NCBI GenBank assembly: GCA_038998335.1
Contig: JAVZHQ010000001.1
Coordinates: 352,001 to 416,000 of the forward strand
DNA length: 64,000 nt
Direction: 5' to 3'
Origin: Candidatus Aenigmatarchaeota archaeon
GTDB taxonomy: Archaea > Aenigmatarchaeota > Aenigmatarchaeia > CG10238-14 > SCSR01
Shown in pieces: positions 30,489 to 40,818 of this stretch (position 1 is the first letter of the stretch; every line of letters begins with the position of its first letter). A program made the translations under genes and the position numbers. The notes under the pieces are model-generated. The model searched no databases. It was not told where the DNA came from and saw nothing but the letters and a program-made list of their open reading frames with translations.

Positions 30489-31643
30489 TTAACCTATTTC
30501 TTCAACCTCAGTTTTTTTCAAAACATTTCTGATTTCTTTTTCAAGCTTCAATTTTTCCTCAACTTTTTTTATAATTTCGAGCTTTGCCTTTGTTGTTGGA
30601 TGTTTAGGAACGAATAAAGTGCAACAATCTTCTTGTGGCTTGATGGAAATTTCGTAAGTTTTAATTTTTTTAGCAAGCTCGATTATTTCATTTTTGTCCA
30701 TTCCTACCAAAGGTCTTAGAATTGGTAAGCTTGTTGCTTCCTCTATTGCTAGTATATTATCCAAAGTTTGAGAAGAAACTTGAGCAAGGCTTTCTCCTGT
30801 AACTAAAGCTTTTGCATTTTCTTTTTTTGCTATTTCTTCGGCTATTTTTACCATAGCTCTTCTGTAAAGCACTATTCTGTACTTTGCTTGAGCAAGAGTT
30901 TTAATTTTCATTTGAACTTCTGAAAAGGGAATAAAGTATACTCTGCTCTTTCCTTGATATTCGCTTAAGAGTTTTACCAGTTCTCTTGTTTTTTCTATAC
31001 TTGCCTTAGAAACTAGAGGAAAGGAGTGAAAATGAACAAAAACAACTTTACATCCTCGCTTCATAGCTAGCCAGCTTGAGACAGGAGAATCTATTCCTCC
31101 TGAGATTAAAGATAAAACTTTTCCTGAGCTAGAAACAGGCATTCCTCCCAAGCCTTTAATCTTTTTAGTGTAAACATAAGTATCTTGGTCTCTAACTTCG
31201 ATGAAAATTTTGACTTGAGGTTTTGATAAGTTAACTTTCCTTTTGATAATTTTTCCAGCTTCTCTAGCCAATTCTTGGCTTGAATAATCATGCTTCCCTA
31301 TTCTTTTCACTTCTAAAGCAAAAGTTTTACCTGGTTTGATAAGTTTTGAGTAGTTCTTCCTTAAAAACTCTATTATTTCTTCTTTCTTGCTTGTTTTTAA
31401 ATGGAAGCAAGGAGAAAAAGAGACTACGCCAAAAACTTTTTTTAGAGCATCGCAAGTTTTTTTGATTTTTTCAGTTTTTATAAAAATTCTTCCTCTTGTC
31501 CTATAAATTTCAAACTCTATTCCAGCTTTTCTTAAGCTAGCTTTAATGTTTTCTATAAGCTTTTTTTCATAAATCCTTCTAACAATTTCTGATTTGAGAA
31601 AAATTTCACCATATCTTACAAGAATTTCTTCCTCTACTTGCAT
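30489..31643 (-). CDS. thiI: tRNA 4-thiouridine synthase ThiI
   Basis: VRYGEI, THUMP domain, SGGIDSPV, TGESLAQVSSQT. Confidence 0.95.
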   Translation of the reverse strand: MQVEEEILVRYGEIFLKSEIVRRIYEKKLIENIKASLRKAGIEFEIYRTRGRIFIKTEKIKKTCDALKKVFGVVSFSPCFHLKTSKKEEIIEFLRKNYSKLIKPGKTFALEVKRIGKHDYSSQELAREAGKIIKRKVNLSKPQVKIFIEVRDQDTYVYTKKIKGLGGMPVSSSGKVLSLISGGIDSPVSSWLAMKRGCKVVFVHFHSFPLVSKASIEKTRELVKLLSEYQGKSRVYFIPFSEVQMKIKTLAQAKYRIVLYRRAMVKIAEEIAKKENAKALVTGESLAQVSSQTLDNILAIEEATSLPILRPLVGMDKNEIIELAKKIKTYEISIKPQEDCCTLFVPKHPTTKAKLEIIKKVEEKLKLEKEIRNVLKKTEVEEIG

Positions 31644-31697
31644 GTTATACTTTTAAAGGTAGAAAAATTTATTTCTAATTAGGAAATCGGAATTGAT

Positions 31698-31782
31698 GCC
31701 CAGGTCGCCTAATCTGGTAGGGCGCCAGCCTGGAGAGCTGGTGGGGCTTTGCCCCTTCTGGGTTCAAATCCCAGCCTGGGCG
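31698..31782 (+). tRNA. tRNA-Ser(GGA)
   Basis: GCCCAGG/CCTGGGC, CCAGC-CT-GGA-GA-GCTGG, long variable arm, G73. Confidence 0.95.
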
Positions 31783-31873
31783 TTTACTTTGTGAAGAAAT
31801 CCTAAAGGAAGAAAAAAAGTAGTTAATAGGTTGACCTGATAAAGATAAATATCAAAAACCTTAAAACTTTTAT

Positions 31874-32800
31874 GTGTTTTACCCTGGTATTGAAGATATA
31901 ATCGGGGAAAATGCCGAAAAAATGGAAAAAATAATTACAACATTTGTTAAGGTATCTCGAAAAAGAGGATTTAAACCATTTTATACTCCTGTTTTTGAAG
32001 ACCCAAAAATGCTTTTTGATAAAAATCTCCTTGGTTCGAATGTTTTTAAAGAGCTTTATTGTTTCCAAGATATAGAAGGGAAAAGAATATGTTTAAGGTT
32101 TGACCATACTATTTCCTTGTTAAGGATTGTTAGAACCAACAAAAATCTAAAATATCCTTTAAAGAGATACGCGATCGGCCCGGTTTGGAGATTCGAGAAA
32201 AAAATAGAAGCAAACCGCTGGAGAGAATTTTGGCAAGCAGATGTGGATATAGTTGGGGGCAAAGAAGTAGAAATGGATGCCACATGTTTAGATATCGTTA
32301 ATGAATGCTTAAGGGAAGTTGGCATAAAAGATTTTATATTTAGGTTTAATTCAAGAGAGGTTATTCACGAAATAATATCAAAAAAAGTTGGAAGGAAATA
32401 TATGGATAAGATAATGCTTTTTCTAGACAAGGAAAGAATAAATGAACTTAAAAAAGTGGTCACGAAAAAATCTCCTGAATTAATTGAACTGGTAGAAATG
32501 AAAGATTCTAACGAAAAAAAGTTACTTTTTTTAAAAGAAAATTTCCTGGGTATAAGCGGCGTCGAAAAATTGTTTAAATTTTACCGAAAATTAAGAGAAA
32601 CAATTCGAGATAAAAACTTAGAATTTAATATCAGAACAGTTAGGGGCTTGAGATATTACACTTCATTGGTTTATGAAGTTTACATTAAAAATGTAGGATG
32701 TTGTGGTGGCGGAAGTTATAAAGCTATTACTTATAGCAGAAAGGTATTGCCGGCAGCTGGCTTATCTTTGGGTTTGTTCAGGATCTTATATATGGAATAA
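31874..32800 (+). CDS. HisRS-like catalytic domain (no anticodon-binding domain)
   Basis: LRFDHT, YAIGPVWR-x-E, RWREFWQADVD, RGLRYYT, GGGSY, GLFR. Confidence 0.8.
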   Translation: MFYPGIEDIIGENAEKMEKIITTFVKVSRKRGFKPFYTPVFEDPKMLFDKNLLGSNVFKELYCFQDIEGKRICLRFDHTISLLRIVRTNKNLKYPLKRYAIGPVWRFEKKIEANRWREFWQADVDIVGGKEVEMDATCLDIVNECLREVGIKDFIFRFNSREVIHEIISKKVGRKYMDKIMLFLDKERINELKKVVTKKSPELIELVEMKDSNEKKLLFLKENFLGISGVEKLFKFYRKLRETIRDKNLEFNIRTVRGLRYYTSLVYEVYIKNVGCCGGGSYKAITYSRKVLPAAGLSLGLFRILYME

Positions 32801-32838
32801 AATTTTTTGAAAATTTGAGAATTTTTCCAGAGAGCTTT

Positions 32839-35800
32839 CTAAATAAGCAACCTTAAGCTTGGGTTGTACTTTACACCTTTTTGTATTGCACTTCTCATTA
32901 TTTCCTTAACTTCTGTAAAAAATTCTTTTATCACTTCTTGAGCTTTGGCTTCGCCTATTTCAACCTTATCCATCTTTTCTTCCAAAACTTTTGTCAATTC
33001 CTCGTTCAGATATTTTCCGTATTTTTCCCTCAAGAAAAAGTAAACCTTTGCACCAAGCAAAGTTGAAACAAGCCTTTTATTAATTTCTTTAACATATTCT
33101 CTTTTCTTCAAAATTTCCAAAATTTTAGCATAAGTTGAAGGTCTTCCTATACCTTTTTCTTTCATCATAGAAACTATTTCAGAATAAGTAAACGGATAGT
33201 AAGCTTGAACCACTTTTCTTCTAACAAAGGAAATCCATTGTTTTCCTTCTTTAACTTCTGGAATTTCTTTTGTATAAACAGGAGCAATTTTTGAAAAGCC
33301 CTCTTCTATTATTCTTGTTAAAAACTCGAAATCCATTTCTTTTCCTGCTATTAACACTTTCATATAAACCTTTTCTACCTTCGTAGCTTTCATTTGACTT
33401 GCTATAAATCTTTTGAAAATTATATCATAAGCCTTAAGCTCTTGCTCGCTCAAAGCAACTCTAATTGTTTTAAGAGCTATCATGCTTCTCAATCTTTCCA
33501 GATCTATAGCTTTTGTTGGCCTAATGCATTCATGAGCTCCTTCAGTTTGCCACTTCCTTTCCTTAACAAAGTTTTCTCCAAATTTTGAAGAAATATAGTC
33601 TTTTGCTATAGCTATTCCTGTGCTGCTTACAGTAGTACTGCTAGTTCTGTGATAAGTTATTAGACCACTTTCGAAAAGTTTTTGAGCTATTTTCATAGCT
33701 TCGTTTGCGTCAATTTTTAAGGAAGAAGTAAGGGCAGAAATTAAAGTATCAGTTGTAAAAGGAGGATATGGGTTAAGCTCCTCTACTTTTCTTTCTACCT
33801 TGAGAATTTCTGCAACTCTATTTTTCAAAATTTTCTTCCATGTTCCGAGCTCGCTCTTGAAAGAAAGTTTTAGACCATTCTTTAAAGTAATGTTTATTAG
33901 CTCTTGTTTTTCCTTCAACTTTTTAGTTCTTTCGTATATCCAACCTAGAACAGGGGTTTGAACCCTACCTGCTGATAATCTGTTATTGTTGAAAACTTTC
34001 CAGAGTACTGGGCTTATGCTGAAACCTATCCATCTATCTTGAATTCTTCTCACAACTTGCGCTTCCACAAGCTTAAGATCAAAATCCTCTAAATTTTTTA
34101 AACTGTTAATTATTCCTTTTTTTGTAACTTCATGAAACCTTGCTCTTTTGATGTTTTGATTGAATGGTTTAAGCAAAAGATACAAGTCAAAAGCTATCTT
34201 TTCTCCTTCGGCATCTGGATCTGTGCCTATTACTACTTTATCGACTAAGCTTGCAATTTTTCTCAAAACTTTAATTCTTGGCTCAGAGCTAACAAAATCT
34301 TTTCTATTGCAAATAGGGCAAACATCATTTTCAACTTCTTTTCCACAATATCTACATTTTTTAATTGTCCTATAAACAGGAATGAACTCATCGTTAACTT
34401 TAACTCCAAACAAACCTTCAACCAAATCTAAATCAGTAATGTGGCCTTTGCTTGCCGTTATTATAGCTAAAGAATTCTCGATAAAAACTTCAAAAGTTTT
34501 CAAGTCTTCTACAGTTTTTCTGAAAGGTCTTCCAAAGTACCTTGCTATAGTCCTTGCTTTGTTCGGCGATTCCACTATGAAAAGAATAGTAGAAAGAGAA
34601 ACTTTTTCCTCAACCTTAAGCTTACCTTCTTGTGCTAGCAAGACTTTTTCCCTATCTTTATCTATTTCCCTTATCAAAGAAGGCAAGTCAACATCTTCAA
34701 AATTTTTCCACTCTATTTCTTCAAGATAGCCAAGCTCTTTTTTAAGGTTATTAAATGCTTTTTCATCGTCTATAATCATAATGCTTAGCCCTTTTGTTAG
34801 GCCTGCTATGTAAAGTCTACTAGTTCTTCCGCTTGCTTGAATGTAAGCAACCTCGTCAACTACCAAAAAATAATATTCGTTTTTTTCAAACCCAAAGGAT
34901 ATGGTAGGAGATTCTTTTAAGGTTTTGAGTATATTTTGATCATTAAGTATTTTTTGAAAAAATTCCATTCCTTTTAAGGCAACTTTTCTCGTGTACTCAA
35001 GAAAACCTTCCAATTTCTTATTCTCTTTCAAAGCTTCTCTGACAATTTTCAATTGTTCTAAGGTTAGAGTTTTGATTTTAGCCAACTTTTGAACTAAAAC
35101 CTCAAATTCTTTCTTATAATCTTCTCCTATTGCATAGGAAATGTTGTTCAAAAGCATAAGCCATTTTGTAGGATGAAACTCTTGAAGGTTAATTCTTATA
35201 AAAAACTTTGGAACGCCTACAAAAACAGCGTACCTTATTCTATGCGGCAAATCTATTCCTCTAACTAATGGACTTCTTAGAGTTGCCATTCCTATTAAAC
35301 AATCTAGCTCGCCTTTATCAAACATTTCAAAGTATTTTTTGTTTGGCTTGAGAAAAGCCCTTGCTTTTACGTTTTTTTCTTGTAAGTGTTTCTCTAAACT
35401 TTCTGCAAACTCACTTCCTTTATCGGTAGGAACAAAAATTAAAGCTCCGCCTCCAACTTTTTTAATTATTTCTACAACCTCTTCTTCCAAAGGTCTTTTT
35501 GGCTTAAGGTAAGAATCTAAGATTTTTCTTCCAAATTCAACTTTACCTCCAAGCGTAAAACCAAAAATTCTGGCCAAAATAAGAATGCTTTTAGTTCTTT
35601 TTCCTCTTGGCGTGGCACCACTTACTATAACTTGACACTTAATTTCTTCTTCACTTTTCATTTTTTCTATTTTTTGCAAAGCATCTTTTAGTTCAATCTT
35701 CTTTTCATAAATTTTTAGAATTATGTTCTTAATTTTTCTTGGTAGTTTTAGCATTTTAAAAACGTACATAACGCTTTTACTTCTCTTAAGAAAACTGTCA

Positions 35801-36387
35801 ACGTCATCGACAAAAACTAAATCAACGTTTTGTGAGTTTATTTCTTCCTTTTTCATTATGCTTAAGTGGGTAGTAACTATTATGTGAGCTTTTGCCATTT
35901 TTTTAAGCTGTTCTTCTTTCTCTTTTTTTGTTAGCATGCTGTGATAAAATGCTATTTCTGTTTTTAGGTTAAGAGTTTCTTTAAAATTAATCAATTTCTG
36001 GCTGACTTGATGAACAAGGATGCTTGTTGGTAAAATTATTAAACATCTTTTGTTCATTTTTGAGGAAGCGTACAAGCTTAGTATAACTTGCATAGTAGTC
36101 TTTCCGCTTCCTGTGGGAGCGATCAAAGCAAAACTTTCTCCTTCCAAAAACCTTCTTGCCCAAAACCTTTGCAAAGCCCACATGTCAGTTTTCAAAATTT
36201 TCTGAAAAATTTTCTCGATTTCTTCCAGATTTTTATTTCTTAAAGCTAGCCTAGTAAGAAAACCTTCTCTCATTTCTTTCGAACGCTCTGGCAAGCAAAT
36301 TTCGCAGGGCAAGCCTCTTTCCAGTCTTTCAGAAGTTATAGTATTTCCGCAATTCGGGCAAAGTCCCTTATATTCAAATTCCATCAT
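32839..36387 (-). CDS. rgy: Reverse gyrase
   Basis: N-terminal Zn finger, APTGSGKT, DDVD, QASGRTSR, VESPNKA, SAGRVQ, ITYHRT, GIGRPSTY. Confidence 0.97.
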   Translation of the reverse strand: MMEFEYKGLCPNCGNTITSERLERGLPCEICLPERSKEMREGFLTRLALRNKNLEEIEKIFQKILKTDMWALQRFWARRFLEGESFALIAPTGSGKTTMQVILSLYASSKMNKRCLIILPTSILVHQVSQKLINFKETLNLKTEIAFYHSMLTKKEKEEQLKKMAKAHIIVTTHLSIMKKEEINSQNVDLVFVDDVDSFLKRSKSVMYVFKMLKLPRKIKNIILKIYEKKIELKDALQKIEKMKSEEEIKCQVIVSGATPRGKRTKSILILARIFGFTLGGKVEFGRKILDSYLKPKRPLEEEVVEIIKKVGGGALIFVPTDKGSEFAESLEKHLQEKNVKARAFLKPNKKYFEMFDKGELDCLIGMATLRSPLVRGIDLPHRIRYAVFVGVPKFFIRINLQEFHPTKWLMLLNNISYAIGEDYKKEFEVLVQKLAKIKTLTLEQLKIVREALKENKKLEGFLEYTRKVALKGMEFFQKILNDQNILKTLKESPTISFGFEKNEYYFLVVDEVAYIQASGRTSRLYIAGLTKGLSIMIIDDEKAFNNLKKELGYLEEIEWKNFEDVDLPSLIREIDKDREKVLLAQEGKLKVEEKVSLSTILFIVESPNKARTIARYFGRPFRKTVEDLKTFEVFIENSLAIITASKGHITDLDLVEGLFGVKVNDEFIPVYRTIKKCRYCGKEVENDVCPICNRKDFVSSEPRIKVLRKIASLVDKVVIGTDPDAEGEKIAFDLYLLLKPFNQNIKRARFHEVTKKGIINSLKNLEDFDLKLVEAQVVRRIQDRWIGFSISPVLWKVFNNNRLSAGRVQTPVLGWIYERTKKLKEKQELINITLKNGLKLSFKSELGTWKKILKNRVAEILKVERKVEELNPYPPFTTDTLISALTSSLKIDANEAMKIAQKLFESGLITYHRTSSTTVSSTGIAIAKDYISSKFGENFVKERKWQTEGAHECIRPTKAIDLERLRSMIALKTIRVALSEQELKAYDIIFKRFIASQMKATKVEKVYMKVLIAGKEMDFEFLTRIIEEGFSKIAPVYTKEIPEVKEGKQWISFVRRKVVQAYYPFTYSEIVSMMKEKGIGRPSTYAKILEILKKREYVKEINKRLVSTLLGAKVYFFLREKYGKYLNEELTKVLEEKMDKVEIGEAKAQEVIKEFFTEVKEIMRSAIQKGVKYNPSLRLLI

Positions 36388-36520
36388 ACTTAACCCTTAA
36401 TTTGAGATTATTTTTAAAGTTTATAGACGAAAAAAATTTATTTTTCCTTTATAATTATTTAGAAATAGGTGTTGCCTGCCGTGGGTAGTAAAATCTGTTT
36501 CCCAGGATTCGACGGTAAAG

Positions 36521-36865
36521 GTGGGTATGATGAGTATTCACCTTATCGTCGAGTTCATGGGGGTAAAGCCAGAAAAAATATCGAAAGTAAAGCCTGTTAA
36601 AAGAATTTTGGATAGTGTTATTTCTAAAGCTGGCTTAAAAGTTGTCTCCTCAAGTTTCCACCAGTTTAAACCTTTTGGCGTTTCTGCTGTTTATCTTTTA
36701 AGGGAATCTCATTTAAGCATTCACACCTGGCCTGAACTTGGTTATGTGGCTCTAGACATTTTTACTTGTGGGAATGAAAAAAGTGCTCTTAAAGCTTTTG
36801 AATTGCTAGTCAAAAAATTCGAACCAAAGAAGATAAAAAAGAAGATAATAAGGAGGTATGGATGA
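36521..36865 (+). CDS. speD: S-adenosylmethionine decarboxylase proenzyme
   Basis: F-x-P-x-GVS, ESH-x-SIHTWPE, DIFTCG. Confidence 0.93.
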   Translation: MGMMSIHLIVEFMGVKPEKISKVKPVKRILDSVISKAGLKVVSSSFHQFKPFGVSAVYLLRESHLSIHTWPELGYVALDIFTCGNEKSALKAFELLVKKFEPKKIKKKIIRRYG

Positions 36866-37881
36866 TGAAAAGAATAAAAGCAAAAATTTTGAATGAAATA
36901 GCAGAATCTCCCAAGAACTTATGGGAAATCCTTGAAAAGTCTGATTTCTTGCTTAGAGATTCTATCGATACCTTAAGAAAACTTTACAAAAATGGCTTAA
37001 TAGAAAGTAAAAAGAGAAAAATAGTTCTCACAAAAAGCGGGAAAAAACTGATTAACAAAAAAAGCTTAGCCCTTAAGCCTGAACTCTGCCATAAATGTCT
37101 GGGGAAAAGAATAGTTTTAAACAAAAAGCTCAAAGAACTCCTTAAAGGATACAAGAAAATCGTAAAGGAAAGGCCTTTGCCAACAGAAAAATTCTTTCAA
37201 GGCTATATGCAAGAGTTTGACGTAATAACAAGAGTTGCTTTCATGCATTATAACAACGACTTGGACAAGAAGAAAATCATTTTAATAGGCGATGATGATT
37301 TGCTTAGCATAGCCTTAGCTCTTACAAGTTTACCTTCAAGAATTCTTGTTTTGGATATTGATGAAAGAATAGGAAGTTTCGTGGAAAAGGTTAGCAAGAA
37401 GTATAAGCTCGATATAGAGTTTCAAGAATATAACGTTGAAGAACCTTTACCAAAAAAGTTTTTAGGAAAGTTTGATGTTTTCTCTTCAGAACCTTTAGAA
37501 ACGCTTACCGGACTTAAGGCTTTCATCTTGCGCGGAGTTTCTGCTTTAAAGAAGAATTCTTCAGGATATTTCGGTTTAACTCATGCTGAAGCTTCTCTCA
37601 AAAAATGGTTGGAAATTGAAAAATTCTTAACAAGGATGAACTGCGTGATAACAGATTTGATAGCTGGTTTTTCGGTTTATCCCACTATTTATGGAGATTT
37701 AAGTTATGAGAATTTTGTTAAAAAGCTTCCTTTCAAGGTTCCGGAAAATAAAGGAATTAACTGGTACAAATCAGCTTTATTCAGGTTTGAAGTTTTGGAA
37801 AAGCCGAAAGTTTCTGTTTTGAACAAGAAGATGAGAATAGAGTTCATAGATAAGGAAGAGGATATAACTTTTCCAGGTTAG
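36862..37881 (+). CDS. bpsA: Branched-chain polyamine synthase A (DUF43)
   Basis: CxxC, RP-x-P...FFQG, IGDDDLLSIAL, DIDER, GYFGLT. Confidence 0.88.
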   Translation: MMKRIKAKILNEIAESPKNLWEILEKSDFLLRDSIDTLRKLYKNGLIESKKRKIVLTKSGKKLINKKSLALKPELCHKCLGKRIVLNKKLKELLKGYKKIVKERPLPTEKFFQGYMQEFDVITRVAFMHYNNDLDKKKIILIGDDDLLSIALALTSLPSRILVLDIDERIGSFVEKVSKKYKLDIEFQEYNVEEPLPKKFLGKFDVFSSEPLETLTGLKAFILRGVSALKKNSSGYFGLTHAEASLKKWLEIEKFLTRMNCVITDLIAGFSVYPTIYGDLSYENFVKKLPFKVPENKGINWYKSALFRFEVLEKPKVSVLNKKMRIEFIDKEEDITFPG

Positions 37882-38294
37882 GAAATTTTTCCCAAAAGTT
37901 TGGTTAGCTTGAAAAAAGCTTCTTCCGGAGTTTTACATTTTTCGACAGCTTTTTCAAAAGGACAAGTTTCTGTTTTATTTTTATTGAGAATCCTTTCCGC
38001 TAAGGTCTCATACTCGTAGGGAATTCCATTTTCCTTTAAAACTTCTAAACCATGCTTACTTAAAACCTTGGCAAAAACATTTTTCACTTGAGAAAAAGCA
38101 AGAAGAAAAGCTGCAGCTTTTCCAACTATTTTATCAGCAACACTTGAAGCTTTAACATCAAATTCTGTAACAGCTTTTAACAAATCTTTTATTCCACTTG
38201 AACTACTTTCAAAAATAATTTTACTATCTTTAACAAAGACTAAAGCTAAATTTTTTTCTTTCATCGTTTGCTTAGCTATTTCTAAATCTTCCAC
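37878..38294 (-). CDS. DUF1893 protein
   Basis: ADKIVGKAAA, I-x-N...CPFE. Confidence 0.85.
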   Translation of the reverse strand: MEDLEIAKQTMKEKNLALVFVKDSKIIFESSSSGIKDLLKAVTEFDVKASSVADKIVGKAAAFLLAFSQVKNVFAKVLSKHGLEVLKENGIPYEYETLAERILNKNKTETCPFEKAVEKCKTPEEAFFKLTKLLGKIS

Positions 38295-38320
38295 TTTTAA
38301 TTTAATGAGCTTGAAAAATT

Positions 38321-38566
38321 TTAAATTCTTTCAACTTTTTCTTCTTCTATTAACCATAGTCCATAGAAATTTTGGCCTCTGTGATGTCTTGTAAAACCTA
38401 TACCAAAACTTAAGTTTTCATCTACTTTGTAAACTTCCAGAGTTGCATCTTCAGGGAAAAAATAATGAACTATCTTTGGTTTAATTTGTTTAACTTCTTC
38501 TAGGGAAAGACCTAGCAAATTACAAGCAGCAAGCAAAGCTTTTTCCTCACTTTCGTATTCTTCCAT
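38321..38566 (-). CDS. Hypothetical protein
   Basis: 81-aa ATG ORF filling intergenic space. Confidence 0.5.
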   Translation of the reverse strand: MEEYESEEKALLAACNLLGLSLEEVKQIKPKIVHYFFPEDATLEVYKVDENLSFGIGFTRHHRGQNFYGLWLIEEEKVERI

Positions 38567-38642
38567 AATTAAGAAATAAAAGAAAAAATTTAATCTTTTA
38601 GTTTGTCGGATTTTTTATCTTTTTAATGCTTAATTAAAATTT

Positions 38643-39065
38643 ATGGAAACTTTTAATGAAGTAGTTAAAGGTTATCTTTATTTTAGAAGAGTTTACCTTT
38701 TGGACAAATTTGAATACGGAAAAAGCTTGGTTGCGCCTAAAAATTTTTTTGATAAGCTAGGGATAAAAATTACTCAAATTTCAATCAAATTCAAACCAAT
38801 ATCAGGAGAAGAAATGAAAAATAAAGTGAGAAAATATTCGGGCAAAAGTTCTGTAAGAAATGCTTCTAAAAGATTGGAAGAAGAATGGTTGGAATGTCAT
38901 TTGCTAAAATCAAAATTTAGCTATCATTACAGCATCTTTTATAATCCAATAACCCAAATCCAAATAGAAGAAATTTTCTATGCAACAAGCCAATGGTTTG
39001 ACAGTTATGAGCTTTTGCCTGGTGTAAAAATTGTGGTAAAGATTCCAGGAGAGTATTTAGTTTAA
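38643..39065 (+). CDS. Hypothetical protein
   Basis: 140-aa ATG ORF. Confidence 0.55.
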   Translation: METFNEVVKGYLYFRRVYLLDKFEYGKSLVAPKNFFDKLGIKITQISIKFKPISGEEMKNKVRKYSGKSSVRNASKRLEEEWLECHLLKSKFSYHYSIFYNPITQIQIEEIFYATSQWFDSYELLPGVKIVVKIPGEYLV

Positions 39066-39117
39066 TAATGAATTTACTTTTATATTTAATTAAGTCAAGG
39101 ATAATTTTTAATAGAAA

Positions 39118-39214
39118 GCGCCAGTAATCTAACCTGGTAGGATTAACTATACTAATACCAGCTTCCCAAATCTGGAATAAGCTGGGTGTCCGGGTTCAAA
39201 TCCCGGCTGGCGCA
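39118..39214 (+). tRNA. tRNA-Gly(CCC) with two introns (39144-39156 at 25/26; 39169-39179 at 37/38)
   Basis: GCGCCAG/CTGGCGC; cloverleaf restored by removing both inserts; TTCC/GGAA helix at 37/38. Confidence 0.88.
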
Positions 39215-39254
39215 TAAGTTAAGCATAAATCCTTTTTCTTTCTTTTTTAACTTG

Positions 39255-40760
39255 ATGACTTCGATAACTTTTTACGGTGGAGTAGGAGAAGTTGGAGGAA
39301 ACAAAATTTTAATAGAAGATAAAAATACAAAAGTTTTCCTAGATTTTGGAACTTCCTTCGGAAAAATAAAAAGATTTTATAAAGATCCTTTTTCTTCGCC
39401 AAGAAGCTTGTTAGATAGATTTGTTATGGGAATTCTTCCAAGTTTGGAAGGAGTATACAATCCTGCTATGCTCAAGAAGATAGGTAAAAAGCCTCATGAA
39501 GAGCCTTTAATAAACGCTTGCATTTTATCTCACTCTCATCTTGACCATTTTGGTGATATTGGTTTTCTTGACCCCAACATACCTGTATACTGCTCAAGAG
39601 AAACTTATTGCACAATAAGAGCTTATGAAGATGTTACAAAAGGCTTGGAAGAAAAGCAATGGACTTACTACCAAGAATCAAGAAAATTTGACGACTGGAT
39701 ACCTATAGGGTATTATATAATAGACGAACTTGGAAAAGCACATAAAGCACCAAAAGAAAAAGCTACACATGAAAGGGTAATAATTCAGTTCGAAATTCCT
39801 CCTGAGGAAATAAAAAGAAATTTTATTCAAAGATTAAAATCCAAAATTGATGATTTAGAAGTTGAACTTTATCCTGTAGACCATAGCTCTTTTGACGCTC
39901 AAGCTTGTATACTCTACACTTCTGACGCAAAAATAGCTTACACAGGAGATATAAGGTTTCACGGCTTCAAAACACAAGAAAGCATAAAATTTGTAGAAGA
40001 GGCAAGGAATGCAGATATTCTTATAACAGAAGGGACTAAAATTAACGAGGAAGTAAATTTCACGGAGTATGATGTAGAAGAAAAAACAAAGGAAATTGTA
40101 AGAAATACAAAAGGTTTGGTTTTGATTGACTTCTCTTCAAGAAATTTGGAGGAATTTTTGATTTACAAGAGAATAGCAGAAGAAACAGGAAGGAAGTTTG
40201 TAACTTCTCCTAAGAATGCCTTGTTTCTTTTGTATAAGGATATGAGAAACTTGATAAAGGAAAGGTTTTCCAATTTTTTATCAAAAATTCTTGTTTTTGA
40301 AAAAAATGCTTCTTCAACAAGGTCTAAAAGAAGTATTTCTCGGTATAAAGAAGTTGAAGTAGTTAAAGATGAGGAAATAAAAAATAATCCTCAAAATTAT
40401 ATAGTAAACCTAAGCTTTTATGATTTTGACAAGCTTGTTGACTTTTCTCCACCAGAAGGAAGTGTTTTGATAGTTAACAACCCGGAACCTTTTGACGAAG
40501 AATCTACTCTTGATGAGGAAAAAATACAAAACTGGTGCAACTACTTTAAACTCAAATATCATAGAATTCATGCTTCAGGTCATTTGGGAAATTCAGATTT
40601 GTTGTGGATGGTAAAAGAAATTAAACCAAAGCATATATTGCCAATTCATTCAAGCCTAGACAATGCTTTACTGATTAGAGAAAGGTTTGGCTCAAACGTT
40701 AAGATTATGAAAGAAGGTGAAGCTTTCAACTTTAGACCTGGTCTTTTAAATTTCATTTAA
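39255..40760 (+). CDS. Metallo-beta-lactamase/beta-CASP (RNase J-like) protein
   Basis: GGVGEVGGN, SHSHLDH, VDHS, YTGD, HASGH, PIHS; start moved past the tRNA. Confidence 0.88.
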   Translation: MTSITFYGGVGEVGGNKILIEDKNTKVFLDFGTSFGKIKRFYKDPFSSPRSLLDRFVMGILPSLEGVYNPAMLKKIGKKPHEEPLINACILSHSHLDHFGDIGFLDPNIPVYCSRETYCTIRAYEDVTKGLEEKQWTYYQESRKFDDWIPIGYYIIDELGKAHKAPKEKATHERVIIQFEIPPEEIKRNFIQRLKSKIDDLEVELYPVDHSSFDAQACILYTSDAKIAYTGDIRFHGFKTQESIKFVEEARNADILITEGTKINEEVNFTEYDVEEKTKEIVRNTKGLVLIDFSSRNLEEFLIYKRIAEETGRKFVTSPKNALFLLYKDMRNLIKERFSNFLSKILVFEKNASSTRSKRSISRYKEVEVVKDEEIKNNPQNYIVNLSFYDFDKLVDFSPPEGSVLIVNNPEPFDEESTLDEEKIQNWCNYFKLKYHRIHASGHLGNSDLLWMVKEIKPKHILPIHSSLDNALLIRERFGSNVKIMKEGEAFNFRPGLLNFI

Positions 40761-40818
40761 AAATTTAAATTCTTTTATATAAAAAACTAAAAATACAATA
40801 TTTTTAAAAAGTGAGAAA

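Noticed and set aside
39186-39254. N-terminal extension of the MBL ORF
   Set aside because: Overlaps tRNA-Gly; conserved sequence starts at ATG 39255.
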